Shown: piece by piece, positions 1 through 12,887 of the stretch
Numbering within the stretch: the stretch's first letter is position 1
Layout: the number at the start of each line of letters is the position of its first letter
NCBI GenBank assembly: GCA_964016885.1
Contig: OZ024740.1
Location: forward strand, 133,362,001-133,426,000
DNA length: 64,000 nt
Direction: 5' to 3'
Origin: Eledone cirrhosa
Lineage: Eukaryota
Program-made: the position numbers and the translations under genes
Notes under the pieces: model-generated
Told to the model about the DNA's origin: nothing
The model's input: the letters and a program-made list of their open reading frames with translations, nothing else
The model's database searches: none

Positions 1-610
1 TAATAAGCTTGAAACTGGTACAGCGTTCCTTTGTCAGTGTGGAACAAATGAGCAACGATGGTTGCTAGATACCGTACAGCTTAATTCGCGTTGTTTGTTT
101 ACAAACACACCGAGCATTATAATAAATGTTCGGTGAATCCATACGTACATATATATATATATATATGTGCATGTATGTATATATATATATATATAATACT
201 GTACGTCTCTATACATATATGTATGTACGTATACATACTTATATATATATACATATATATACAGTAAATAATTGTTTCTACTTTGGCAAAAGGCCAGTAA
301 TTATCCAGTGCATTACATCTTCTTTATTTTATCGACTCCGTAACGATGAACAGCAAAGTTAGGAAGGACCATATGAAGTTCTACATAACTTTATTCTCCT
401 ACGATACATATTATTTACTGTATGTATACTCCGCCATTAACAACCAAAACGAACTTTGACAGGAACATAACGTCGAGAGATATAATCCATTGGCATCAGC
501 GTTGACTGATTGGAGATTGGATTACATAACTCTAGGCAGTTAATACCTTATAAAATGGTGTACACGCTCACACCCCGGCACACACCCACACATGCACCTC
601 ACCATGCGCA

Positions 611-955
<345 letters not shown>

Positions 956-1106
956 GCACATCGTCCCTTAATGACCAGGGAACCATGAAACACAGGATAG
1001 CAACAGTTATAATATAAAATGAATGATCATTACACTACTTTGTTATTAAGTACTTTTTGTCTGCTTTGAACATACGCTTATATATCTGCATGTAAATCCA
1101 CCTACA

Positions 1107-1157
<51 letters not shown>

Positions 1158-1169
1158 GTGTGTGTGTGC

Positions 1170-1224
<55 letters not shown>

Positions 1225-1857
1225 TCCCGGCTTCAATTGGGGGTAACAACAGAAAGTAAGGTACTCAATACAGTAGTAGACTATATACAAAATGTAGTAT
1301 GGGCTTTTGTTATGATTTCCTTCGAATGAATCATTGCAAGTCCTGTAGAAGCTTATTCTATGTTAAACTATATATATATGTGTGTGGGTGTATGTACATG
1401 TATATATTTCTAGATACTTCCTTTAGAAATATTTTCTTTTTACATAAAAACTCCATAAATTAGATGTTTTTATTTGTAACAAGTTTATACACACTTAGAC
1501 CCTTTACTTACATATGTATTTTTTAATAAAAAATTGATCGAATAGGTTCTTGTACTGTAGATCAAAGATGCCATATTCTTTGGCAACAGTAACCGTCGCT
1601 TTTCTTCCTTTTCTTTATTTATCAAACCGACCACAAGCTGAGTTTAATGAGGGTTTTCATTCGTCGAATTAGGATAGGAGGTGACTTCAATGCTATCACG
1701 AACCCTTTCGAATAACAATCAATACATTTCTAAGATACCTGGCTCGGTGAACTGAGATTTGGAGTGGCTTTCTCTTATATATTAAAATATCTATATAAAT
1801 ATTGTAAATACCAGATAATTAGTCTATTTACTCATATATATTTTGATATATTTTATT

Positions 1858-2049
1858 GGGGCAGTGGATTGGCAGTATCGGTAGAGGGTCGGACGCCATG
1901 TTTTGCAGCAACGAGTTGCGGCCCTTTATAGTCTGAGTTCAAATACCACCGAAGTTAACTTTGCCTTTCATCCTTACGGGGTCGATAAAATAAAGTACCA
2001 GTAATACACTGAGATAATTGCTGGCCTTGTGCCAAAAGTAGAAACAATT
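1858..2049 (+). mobile_element. tRNA-derived SINE (~190 bp; central domain resembles the Meta/MESC core); older relatives at ~2075-2280 (+) and ~2770-2990 (-)
   Basis: A box tggcagtatcgg, B box gagttcaaat, core tttgcctttcatcct..ggggtcgataaaataaagtacca. Confidence 0.88.
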
Positions 2050-2312
2050 TTGTTTTTATTGGAGAAAGAAGGGTGTTGGACGAATTAGTATTGGTGTTGG
2101 ATAAATTGCCATTGTGTTATCCTTTCTGGCTTTTTTCCTTGTTTTCAAGTCCCACCGAGGTCAACCTTGTCTTTCATCCTTCCGATGTCGATAAAATATA
2201 GTACCTGTCTGGTACTGGAGTCGATATAATACACTTTCCTCACTCCCCTCACATCATTGGCTTTGTGTCTAAATTAGAGATCATCTTCGTTGGAGAGAGA
2301 GGATGGTGTGAC

Positions 2313-2343
<31 letters not shown>

Positions 2344-3022
2344 AAGTGTGTAATACTCGCCGATTAAATAAGGGAATAATTAAGTGTATAAAGAAATGCT
2401 CGGTTGAGATCATATTCGATGTGAATCAAAATTAATTAAATAAGTTATACTCTGATTGATTGATTGACAGATGTTCGATAATCTTGCTTAGCGTTCATTA
2501 AAATATTCTTCATTTTCATAGCACTGGAATATTTCGTCGTATGACAATAGTTGATAATAAAATAGTAAATCTAATGAATCAAATTATCTCCCGTAACATA
2601 CACGTTAGAGATATGAGCCAATGCTTTTGCTAACGCGTTCAAATTCAGCGAGAGTTTAATATTTACTTCTCTCCTGGCAATAATACAATTGGTAATAGCT
2701 AAGTATTGTAGTCTATTCCATGAATTATAACCATACCTTAAGATGTGTTTTGGAAAAAAAAGTATTATTATTATTGACAGCCGAAGGGAAAAGGATTGGC
2801 AGAATAGACCAGGAAAAATGAATAGGGGTAGGACCTCCGGTTTTTACAAGGTGAGCTCAAATAACAAAATTTAACTTTGCCCTTTATCCTTCCAGATTCG
2901 ATAATATATGGCACCAGCCAACTATTGAGATCTATGTTATCGACTAACCGCCATGCAAGTGATTGTACTTGGGACTGTTTTATCATTTTCCTTGTATCTA
3001 AAACGATTAATTACAATAGTTA

Positions 3023-3212
3023 GGGCGGTGGATTGGCTTTATCGGTAGAGGGTCGGATACCATACATGGCAGCATATAGTTACGGGCTTTTATGGTCTGA
3101 GTTCAAATCACGCCGAGGTTAACTTTGCCTTTCATCCTTACAGGGTCGATAAAATAAAGTACCAATAATGTACTGCGTAATTGCTGGCCTTGTGCCAAAA
3201 GTAGAAATTATT
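3023..3212 (+). mobile_element. Same SINE family
   Basis: Full-length match to 1858-2049. Confidence 0.88.
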
Positions 3213-3889
3213 ATTAAGACATGGTGTTATTTAATACAATTATTTTATGGCATGAAGTTTTGTGTATAGGTATGTTGTTTAATTGCACGCTTATGATGGT
3301 GTCGCGAATATTTTCGTACGCCATATTTCACTTTATTACCATTATTTTTACGTCTATGTTAGATATGTTTTACTTCCTTCAGAGCGCAGATTCTTATAAC
3401 ATTTAGAGAAAAATTATCTCGGAGTTGTAGATGTTTGGCAAGTAAATGTATTCATTACCGCATGTTGGAACTATAGCAATTATATTGTGGAAGAGTCAAT
3501 TTAACCATTCAAAATGCACATAGAATTTGTAAATTTCGTTTTAAATTTGTCGTTAATTTTCTGGTGTCAATACTTTTGTCCCAATGATCGGGTTCTGGTC
3601 ACTAACACGGGTCTACTGTGCCTTACTTTCGAGGCCTTCTGTTAAGAAACAAACAAAATTATGTAATAAATGATGATACATTAAGTAATGCCGGAATATG
3701 GTGGGTCGGAAAAAACTATTAACATATTGTTTATGATTATCTAACCATAATCTTAAAAGTATACATATAGAATATGTAAGAGTTGGTGCTTTCATACGTT
3801 ATAGTGTTTTGAAAGATCAGCTTTAAAGATTTAGTATGATAATAGAACAGCCTATCTCCCCGAGAATAACAAAGAATCAATACACAGTC

Positions 3890-4015
3890 CCGGATACGTC
3901 AAGTTAAACAAAGGATGAAATTAATGCTAAACGTCCAGACATCGTTGTCAAAGTATCATAGGAAAGAAGGTGTGTTCTAATCAATGTATGTGTCCCAGTT
4001 GACGATAATGTCTAT
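3890..4015 (+). pseudogene. Short R4/Dong-like endonuclease remnant
   Basis: RPDIVVKVS*ERRCVLINVCVPVDDNV. Confidence 0.5.
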
Positions 4016-6079
4016 AGTAATTATATTGTGGCAGACTCTTTTAAGCATTTAAATATACAGATACAATCTGTTTAATTTCTTTTTACAATTATCATTTATT
4101 TAATGATGTCACACTTATTGTCACACTGTTTGTGACCAGTTTCTATCACTTCGGATAATGTTCAAAATTTAAACTTTCTCATTCGTAAAGAATGTTTCAT
4201 TGTGCCCCACCATTCGCTATTCATTGATTATTGAGATTTTTATATTATTTATCCAGAAATGAGTTCTAAAATATTATTTTAAAATAATATATTATAGATA
4301 TCAACGTTATAAAAGTAAAATACAAGTTTCGATACTATGTTACATTTAGACTTTCACGTGCCGGTGTGACTATTAGCGGGGAAATCAAGTAAATCAGTAC
4401 TAAAATAGATTTCACCCTGTCCCGAGACAGACAAAAATCGATAGATTTCGTTGAAATATCTTAACTTCAACACCAATAAATTGAAACAGCAACGATTTCC
4501 AGAGACTTTGACCTCAATAGCTTATGCACAACAATAAAAGATGTAGGATTAATTCATGCACTATATTATTTATCGTAAGAAGGAAAACAATATTATATAC
4601 CTCGTTTTCATAATTAATTAGATTACCTACATGAACATTCAATTCATAAATTAGTCATACCCTTAGGGATTAAGAGTGCTTAAAATATCTAAATTCACAC
4701 TTTTCGTTACGACCTAATAAAATAGATGTTTTATTTCAAAATAATATAATCTGTTCGTTATGCAGAGAAAGAAAGGTTAGAAAGTTTTCTGGAAATTTAC
4801 TGTAAAAAACCTTTGATCCTTTCAATACCATTGTGTAAACATTACAAATCTTTAGATTCTAGGATATAGAAGAAATTATTTGACCCGTGAATGTTTCATT
4901 TTTTACTTCTGAGATACATCAATCTAATTTATATATTATTCAAATTATTTAGACAAAAGAACTATACATAAAAGTGAATAAATATATATTTTGATCGGTT
5001 TAAAAATATTTAGCGTAAATGCAACTGAATGATTATTGCGTTACGATGATAATGTAGTGGGATCGATAACTAGATAAGGTAATATTTTCTGTCTTTGAGC
5101 ACAACACTATATTTCACGCTGTTCCAGTTAATTTCATCTAGTACTACATGCGATATGTGAATACGTGAGCAACGATGGATCGATTGGTGTCCCACCTAGG
5201 TGAAGGTAGTGGACTTTATCTTCTCAGTCGATTAGTACCTTGCTTAACCCCCGCAAACACGGAAGAAACGGACGTACACGATGAATCACGCAAAACCTTA
5301 GATATAGTTGTTTGTACTATTTCGTTACGGACGGAAAATCTCTGTGCTATGACATAAGATTTATTCCAGAAAGAGGTGAAATTATATCCCGGAAGTGAAT
5401 CTTATAAAGTTTTTAAAAAGTACCTTGTAAAAATATTTTAAATCATCTTTTCAATATTTCTTCTTTTTTTTTAATTACTTCATTTGTTCAATATAAGCAA
5501 TATTATATGTGTTATATATACACCTATGATTTTCTCAGAAATTCTCAATGCTATGCCTATTGTATTCCAGAAAACATTCCAACGCATTTGTCATTTATTT
5601 CGCTAGCTTTATACCACTATATATCATTTGAAAATTAAGTTTTCATCAATTCATGTTTATTTCTAACACAATGCATATTGTATTTCATTATTGATGACTA
5701 CATTAGAAACTACAGCAATCATTGCAGATATTAAAGGAGCATTTTTCTTTTCTCTTTTTTTTTTTTGCCATACTCTTTATCAAAATATTCAGCAGATGAA
5801 TAGAAAAAAAACATTTAGGTTTTGAATCCCAAATATGAGTCAGAATCCTATAACAGCAAATACAGTTCTAAGCACACATTAGAAATGTGATTTATATCGC
5901 TTTATGTCACTAGATATCCTTTTCATATGTTCGTATTAACTTTTCAGTTTTTATCTCTTGCATTCGTAAGAGGATAGAATGTTTACTACTTGAAATTCCG
6001 AAATTTAAATCCGACTACTACACGTTTCTTGATAACATATGCAGTGTCCATTTGTGTTATACACGCCAGTATTCAGTTT

Positions 6080-6705
6080 GGGTTTTTTTTCCTCAGACTC
6101 GCGAAGATTAGGCGTTTTTAGAGGCGGTCTTTATTCGCTTGGTCGTAGCCACATAATTTGGTTGTGAGAGAATTCTTTGGATCTACAGTGTTACCCAATA
6201 TTCCATCTTTGATGTTAAGCTGGAATCCGAGTTCAGATCAGCAAAAAATGTTTTTGTTCAGACCATTCACCGACTTCGTAATAAGAATCCCGTCCTCACG
6301 CCTGCTAACACTAATCTCTCTGGAGTTCTCCTCCCTTCGGAGAGGTGCAGTCTCGCGAAGTGAATATAATATTTTACTGATGCCCTAAACACGTTCACAA
6401 CAGCGCCGTCAGATTTAAATGAGATGCATCTGGAAGCGACGACGATCATTTCGGAAGCTGGGGTCACAAGGGCAATTAAAGATCTCATGTGCAGCAAGGA
6501 CACTGCGGAGGGTGAAATTCAGCCCGAGATCATACAAGCCTTAAATAAAGAAAGTATACTTTGGCTGACACAAGTGTGTATCTTGTGAAAGGCACCTAAG
6601 AAATGCCAATCATGTATGTTAATCCCAATTTTCAAACAGGGAGACAACAGAGATTGCTCTAACGATAGAAGGATATCCTTGTTAAAGCTTTCAGGTAAAA
6701 TGCGG
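6080..6705 (+). pseudogene. RTE-X/Expander-like LINE RT fragment
   Basis: Remnants AEGEIQPE..ALN, LIPIFKQGDNRDCSN.RRISLL; homologous to 21850-22150. Confidence 0.7.
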
Positions 6706-6920
6706 GTCCGACTGATCAGTCACTGTATATTTAGAAAATATCATATATTTTCACTAGCTCTGACAGTTAGCAGGTGAACTCTGCAGTTCTGTTTACATGC
6801 CAACACAGGAGCAAGAATGAGGGGCTCATTCTACTCACATGGCTTAAAAAGAGGTTGTTTGCATATTTGCAGACAAATTGAATATTATTATTAAATTACA
6901 TGTATATATTAATGAATGTT

Positions 6921-8960
6921 GTTCTATTTAACATTATTTAAGTTTTAACAATATATTTTACGAAATGTCTTAATTTTGTGTAAACAAGAATTAAAAATTT
7001 CAGAGTATGTATTAATAATTTTATATTTATTATTTATAACGTGAAGAGTCTCTGTAGTACAGAGGTCACAGCCCATAGATGTAGAACCATTTATACACTG
7101 AAATTATGTGAAGGTTTGGACCAAGAAAGGGAGTACTCCACCTGTTTATCTTTTAGCAACCAAATAAATTCCAACAGGTTAAAATCATACATGGTGTTAA
7201 ATTCACGAAAGATCCATATACAGGTCAGTGGCACCTGAAAAACCTAAAGAATTTTAGAAAACCTAAAGAATTTAAGAAAACCAATACAATTCTGGTCCAC
7301 TCTGAGAAAACCAGTAATCTCTATTGATTAGATAAGGAGTAATACAATAAAATAATAATCAGAAAAAGCTAAGAAAAATCTATCGTAAAACGACCTCTAA
7401 AAACCTTGTATCAATAAATGAGGAAGCTAAGGAGATAGTCTCTAAGCTAGGGATCGAAAACCACACGGAACCTTACATACTTAGAACACCGAGGATTAAT
7501 ATGAAAGACAACAAAAATTATTTTGAATCAGATCTACCGGTTAGACGTATAGCACCATCTAAATCCGACTAAGGAATCATAAATAAGAGCATACTAGACA
7601 GGATCATACCACCATTAAAGCTGAGGACCCAACTAAAACTATGGAATGGAACCAATGAGGTTACTGATTGGTTGACCGAACTAGAAAACAACAATAGGTC
7701 TAAATTCATACAAATGGGCATAACTAGCTACTACTCATCAATTTCACCAACACTACTCAATAAGGCCCTGATAGATTCAATGAAGTATACGTATCTTACT
7801 AGTGAGGAAGTTAATATTATTCTAACGGCCATACAAACGGTAATACATTTCAAAGGAAAATTATGGACTAGATTGGACAGACCTGAAAACTCTGACATCC
7901 TCATTGGATCTACAGACTCAGCTCAGATTACGGACCTTGTGGGAGTTTACATCGTACACATAATTTTTAACAGTGACGGTCTTAAGCTAGAAATAGGAAA
8001 TAACAATAGAATAACAAATTTACTCGATATATCGCTAGATCTTAAATCTGGTCTATATTACCCATACCCTAAATCGTAATATTTGCCCAATGAAAAATAA
8101 CTGTTTAGTGAAGAGTATTGTTTATGAATCTGAAGTAAAAACAAATAGTAAGACTTATCGATATATTGGATGCAACTTCTACAAAATTTAAGGAAAGGTG
8201 GTACAACCATCGCCACTCATTTAAAAGAGCTGATAAAAGATCTAGCACTGCCCTGCCTGAACTAATTTGGTCGCTAAAAAATAAACAGGTGGAATACTCC
8301 TTTTCTGGTCAAACATCTCACATGCTTTTCCATATATAAATGGATCTATATCTATGGGTTGGGACTTCTGTACTACAGAGACTCTTCACGTTATAAATAA
8401 TAAACATAAAATTATTAGTAAACGCTCTGAAATTTTTCATTCTTGGTTACACAAAATTAATAAAACATTGCATAAAATATATTGTTAAAACTTAAATAAT
8501 ATTATATAGACCACCAAATAATCAATCCAACATTGATTACTATATAGATACCTTATAACAACAGCATCAAAGAATAAATATCTATAATTAGAATTAGTAT
8601 CTAAGTGAATAGAATCTAATATAAAAAATAAATAAAAACTGGACTAACAGTTCATATATGCCTCACTAGGAATCATGCAACCAATCTGGTAACATAATAC
8701 CCTAGCCAGTTCACAAACAGCAAAGCCAATTAGAATATCTATCTCCTACACATAAAAGAGCTACTACTTGAACATTTTCGGACATATGCTTACTGGTCGG
8801 CGAAAGGAATAACTCGTATGACCGGTAACATATGAATGGATATTTACATCTCGTGTGAATTATGTCTGAAGAGAACACGTAAGGAAGCTGTTAAACTATT
8901 GCCATAAGTCTTTGAAATACGTATAACAAAAGAAATAGGGATGGACAAATGAAACCGTTC
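6921..8960 (+). mobile_element. Degenerate PLE (RT + GIY-YIG remnants) with inverted 5' arm (6921-7178 = revcomp of ~8252-8511)
   Basis: Interrupted frames PVRRIAPSKSD, FIQMGITSYYSSI, IGSTDSAQITDLVG, IVYESEV..YIG, WYNH, similar to the 29.7-kb ORF. HHR near the 3' end. Confidence 0.85.
8861..8930 (+). ncRNA. Hammerhead ribozyme motif (PLE 3' end, eroded)
   Basis: tatgt-CTGAAGA-...-GAAA-tacgta-TA-acaaa; stem II pairs poorly. Confidence 0.6.
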
Positions 8961-8974
8961 ATATTTTTACATTC

Positions 8975-9092
8975 TGTGTTCAAATCCCGCCGAGGTTAAC
9001 TTTGCCTTTCATCCTTACGGGATCAATACAATAAAGTACCAGTAATGCACTGGGTAATTGCTGGCCTTGTGCCAAAAGTAGAATCAATTATT
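8975..9092 (+). mobile_element. Same SINE family, 5'-truncated
   Basis: gttcaaatcccgccgaggttaac...gtgccaaaagtagaa. Confidence 0.85.
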
Positions 9093-9227
9093 ATAACAAA
9101 ACTCTGGATGAACAAAGGGCGCTGAAAGCTTTACATCTGTTCGTAAAATCTTGGCAGATTTTCAATCAACCAACTTTCTTCAATTGAACAAATATGTATA
9201 CGTATATGCGTATATATATATATCGAT

Positions 9228-9306
<79 letters not shown>

Positions 9307-9321
9307 TGTGTGTGCGCGCGC

Positions 9322-9352
<31 letters not shown>

Positions 9353-9698
9353 TGTCATTATATATGTATATATATGTATATGAGTGTGTGTGTGTGTGCG
9401 TGTGCTTCGGTGTCAGGGTATGTGTGATTGTAGACACCTGACCATTTCGGCAGAGCTAATAATGAGTAGCCATTGTTAGCTTAAAGGAACCTTAATAATC
9501 AGGAGTGGCCTCCCACCAGTGTGAACCTGTCTACAGCCACTTAGCATGATTTTTTTCTGCATTTGTTACTCTAAATATAGTTTTTTAAAGAATTCCCCTT
9601 TTTTTAAATCCATCAACCAATGACCTCCAACCATCCCAATCACGACCCTCTCATACTACTAGAAAAGGTATAAATACCACCACATTACTTAGACAGTC

Positions 9699-9749
9699 GG
9701 CTTCCCGATGATTTATCCCGAATGAAACAGTTCTAGTCCTGTAGAAGCC
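9699..9749 (+). ncRNA. Hammerhead motif with variant core (CCGAUGA); eroded homologue at ~1301-1355
   Basis: ggcttc-CCGATGA-tttatcccgaat-GAAA-cag..ctg-TA-gaagcc, followed by (TA)n. Confidence 0.65.
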
Positions 9750-9759
9750 ATTTCTATAT

Positions 9760-9873
<114 letters not shown>

Positions 9874-9973
9874 CGTGTGTGTGCGTGTAAGAGGTAAACA
9901 GAAATAACAACCCAATCGGCACAGTATATGGAAAGGATATATTAGGTTAACGCTTGATATTGCAGTAAGAGAG

Positions 9974-10009
9974 TCTTAACGTTTCGGACGCTAGTCCTTC
10001 ATCAGAAGA
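9974..10009 (-). ncRNA. Minimal Penelope-type hammerhead ribozyme
   Basis: Minus strand tctt-CTGATGA-aggactagcgtcc-GAAA-cg-TT-aaga. Confidence 0.75.
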
Positions 10010-10264
10010 AAGAATGAAAAATAAGATAGATTGAGGAGACGGGTTGTTGGAATTGGAGAAAATGTTTTTAGATGAAAATATCCTGTCTTTTACTCCGTAT
10101 ATATGAATTAAAAAAATATTTTGTTCACAAATGGAGAAGGATGAACAGTTTTTAATATCCGAAATGACATCAGGAGTTGCAGGCTCATTATATGTGTATT
10201 TGTGTGGGTTTATATGTGTTTTTGTCTGAGAGAATGAAACTTATTCTCTCAGACAAATAAGAGA

Positions 10265-10373
10265 AGCCTGAAATAAAGTGTCTTGCTCAGGAACAAAACG
10301 AATCACCCGGTCTGGGAAGTGAACTCACAACTTTGCAAATCCAATTCTGTAACAACTAAACCACGCGCCTGTA

Positions 10374-10430
<57 letters not shown>

Positions 10431-10657
10431 CTCTTGATTCGTGTGTCGGGTCCGATCGATACAGACCCAACTTTGACCGGATCATCGCGAAGCGAGCGTG
10501 ACACCTCAATAAATGTAAATGTAATGAAAATTTAATACCTCGTCTATTTTATTATTATTATACATACATTTATTATATATACATATAATAAGCCTGAAAT
10601 AAAGTGTTTTGCTCAGGAACAAAACGAATCACCCGGTCTGGGAATTGAACTCACAAC
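10265..10657 (-). mobile_element. Two fragments of a CORE-type tRNA SINE (10265-10370 and 10590-10657); relatives at ~14550-14630 and ~26460-26575
   Basis: gaaataaagtgtcttgctcaggaacaaaacg...gggaattgaactcacaac (revcomp of B box plus CORE-like segment). Confidence 0.7.
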
Positions 10658-10848
10658 AGGACGGTGAATTGGCAGTATCGGCAGAGGGTCGTAGGCCATG
10701 CTTTCCAGCATAGTTACGTCCCTTTACGGTCTGAGTTCAAATCCCGTCGAGGTTAACTTTGTCTTTAATCCTTACGGGGTCGATAAAATAAAGTAACAGT
10801 AATGTACTGGGTAATTGCTGGCATTGTGCCAAAAGTAGAAACAATTAT
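10658..10848 (+). mobile_element. Same SINE family
   Basis: Full-length match. Confidence 0.88.
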
Positions 10849-10990
10849 ATATACATATATACATATATATATATATATCAAGATAAGCAGAACAAGTAAA
10901 ATTCAACCAATTTTTCAAAATAAATCAAAATAAAATATACAATTAAAATTAATCAAGATTAAAAAATATAATATAAATATTTACCTATTC

Positions 10991-11080
10991 AAATGGCCCT
11001 AACTGTACAGTTTCACGGTGCAAAACATTAAATATCACGAGGATATTAATGGAAAAGCAACGATCATCAGAGAAGCATTT
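10991..11080 (-). ncRNA. Type-I hammerhead ribozyme, copy 1
   Basis: aaatgcttct-CTGATGA-long stem II (tgc/gca, cattaa/ttaatg)-GAAA-ctgtacag-TT-agggccattt. Confidence 0.85.
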
Positions 11081-11516
11081 TCCTGTCCTAGGGTTAAAAA
11101 CCCCAGGAACGACAAAATATATGACCTCACTCCAACTAATACAGGTCTAAAAGGTCGTGAAAGTGACCCGTAAATACATTGGTGTATAGTGAAGGCGGGA
11201 AATCGTAGACTCGCCGTCTATAATCGCCACTAAAAAAAGATTTTTAGTAACTAAATAGAACGACAAATTTTTATCTCTATATACTGGAGATTATTGAATA
11301 AGGTTAATATATATCTGAGGGTACAATGTACCCCCGGAAATATATAGTGTGTCTATGATTTAAGGTAGTTCTATGGTAATAAATTGATATACCAGAACTT
11401 AATATCAAGATAAGCAGAACAAGTAAAATTCAACCAATTTTTCAAAATAAATCAAAATTAATATACAATTAAAATTAATCAAAATTAAGAAATATAATAT
11501 AAATATTTACCTATTC

Positions 11517-11606
11517 AAATGGCCCTAACTGTACAGTTTCACGGTGCAAAACATTAAATATCACGAGGATATTAATGGAAAAGCAACGATCATCAGAGAA
11601 GCATTT
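11517..11606 (-). ncRNA. Type-I hammerhead ribozyme, copy 2
   Basis: Same sequence as 10991-11080. Confidence 0.85.
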
Positions 11607-11980
11607 TCCTGTCCTAGGGTTAAAAACCTCAGGAACGACAAAATATATGACCTCACTCCAACTAATACAGGTCTAAAAGGTCGTGAAAGTGACCCGTAAA
11701 TACATTGGTGTATAGTGAAGGCGGGAAATCGTAGACTCGCCGTCTATAATCGCCACTAAAAAAAGATTTTTAGTAACTAAATAGAACGACAAATTTTTAT
11801 CTCTACATACTGGAGATTATTGAATAAGGTTAATATATATCTGAGGGTACAATGTACCCCGGGAAATATATAGTGTGTCTATGATTTAAGGTGGTTCTAT
11901 GGTAATAATTTGATATACCAGAACTTAATATCAAGATAAGCAGAACAAGTAAAATTCAATATATATATATATATATATAA

Positions 11981-12078
<98 letters not shown>

Positions 12079-12693
12079 CTATGTGCGGGCGCGTATCATG
12101 TCTGTGTATCTATAGAGTCGTTACCACAATTTTATGTCCACAAGCATTCGGCATTTAGGTGCAAATATGTTTTGTCTTTTTTTTTCTAACAGATGGTGTT
12201 TCTAGATTTATACTTACACACATTCGCAGTCAAGTGTACTTACCTTACCATATTTGATTAATTTCATATAGTGGATGGAGAAATGAAAATAAATTAGTTA
12301 CCGAAAGAAATGAACTCAGTGCAAGCTTTGAAAAGTAGACGAAAAAGCGATTTTGAGAGCATATTATACGCCATATTGCCAATAACAAAGAAATTACCTT
12401 GATCAGAAAGTGACTTTCATATTTTTAAGCATTCTCGATGTTATCTTTTCACCAAGTGAGGAGTATGAACATTCGCTTCATCCATAGTGCTCAAGCGGAA
12501 TCTGGAAGCTGATAGTAATCAGACTGGCAATCTATACACACAAATCCACGCACTTTCATGTAAACGCACACACCATACATACACACGTGTACACAAACAG
12601 GCACAGAAATATAGTGTGCCAGTACATATATTTATATGTGTTTATACATCCATATATATGTGAGTGTATATATATATATATATATATACATAT

Positions 12694-12736
<43 letters not shown>

Positions 12737-12797
12737 ACCATCTCTCTAACTATGTTCTGCACTATCTCTCCATATATAAGTATATGTTTGATATATA

Positions 12798-12887
<90 letters not shown>

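Larger units (their letters stand above)
10876..11959 (-). repeat. Tandem array of a 526-527-bp HHR-bearing monomer (2 copies plus the start of a third) in (TA)n
   Basis: agataagcagaacaag recurs at 10881, 11408 and 11934; copies nearly identical; no ORF. Confidence 0.93.

Noticed and set aside
1858-1960. tRNA gene
   Set aside because: A/B boxes belong to SINE heads; no cloverleaf.
9426-9510. Minus-strand HHR-like string (CTGATTA...GAAAtggTC)
   Set aside because: Variant core and stem I pairs poorly.
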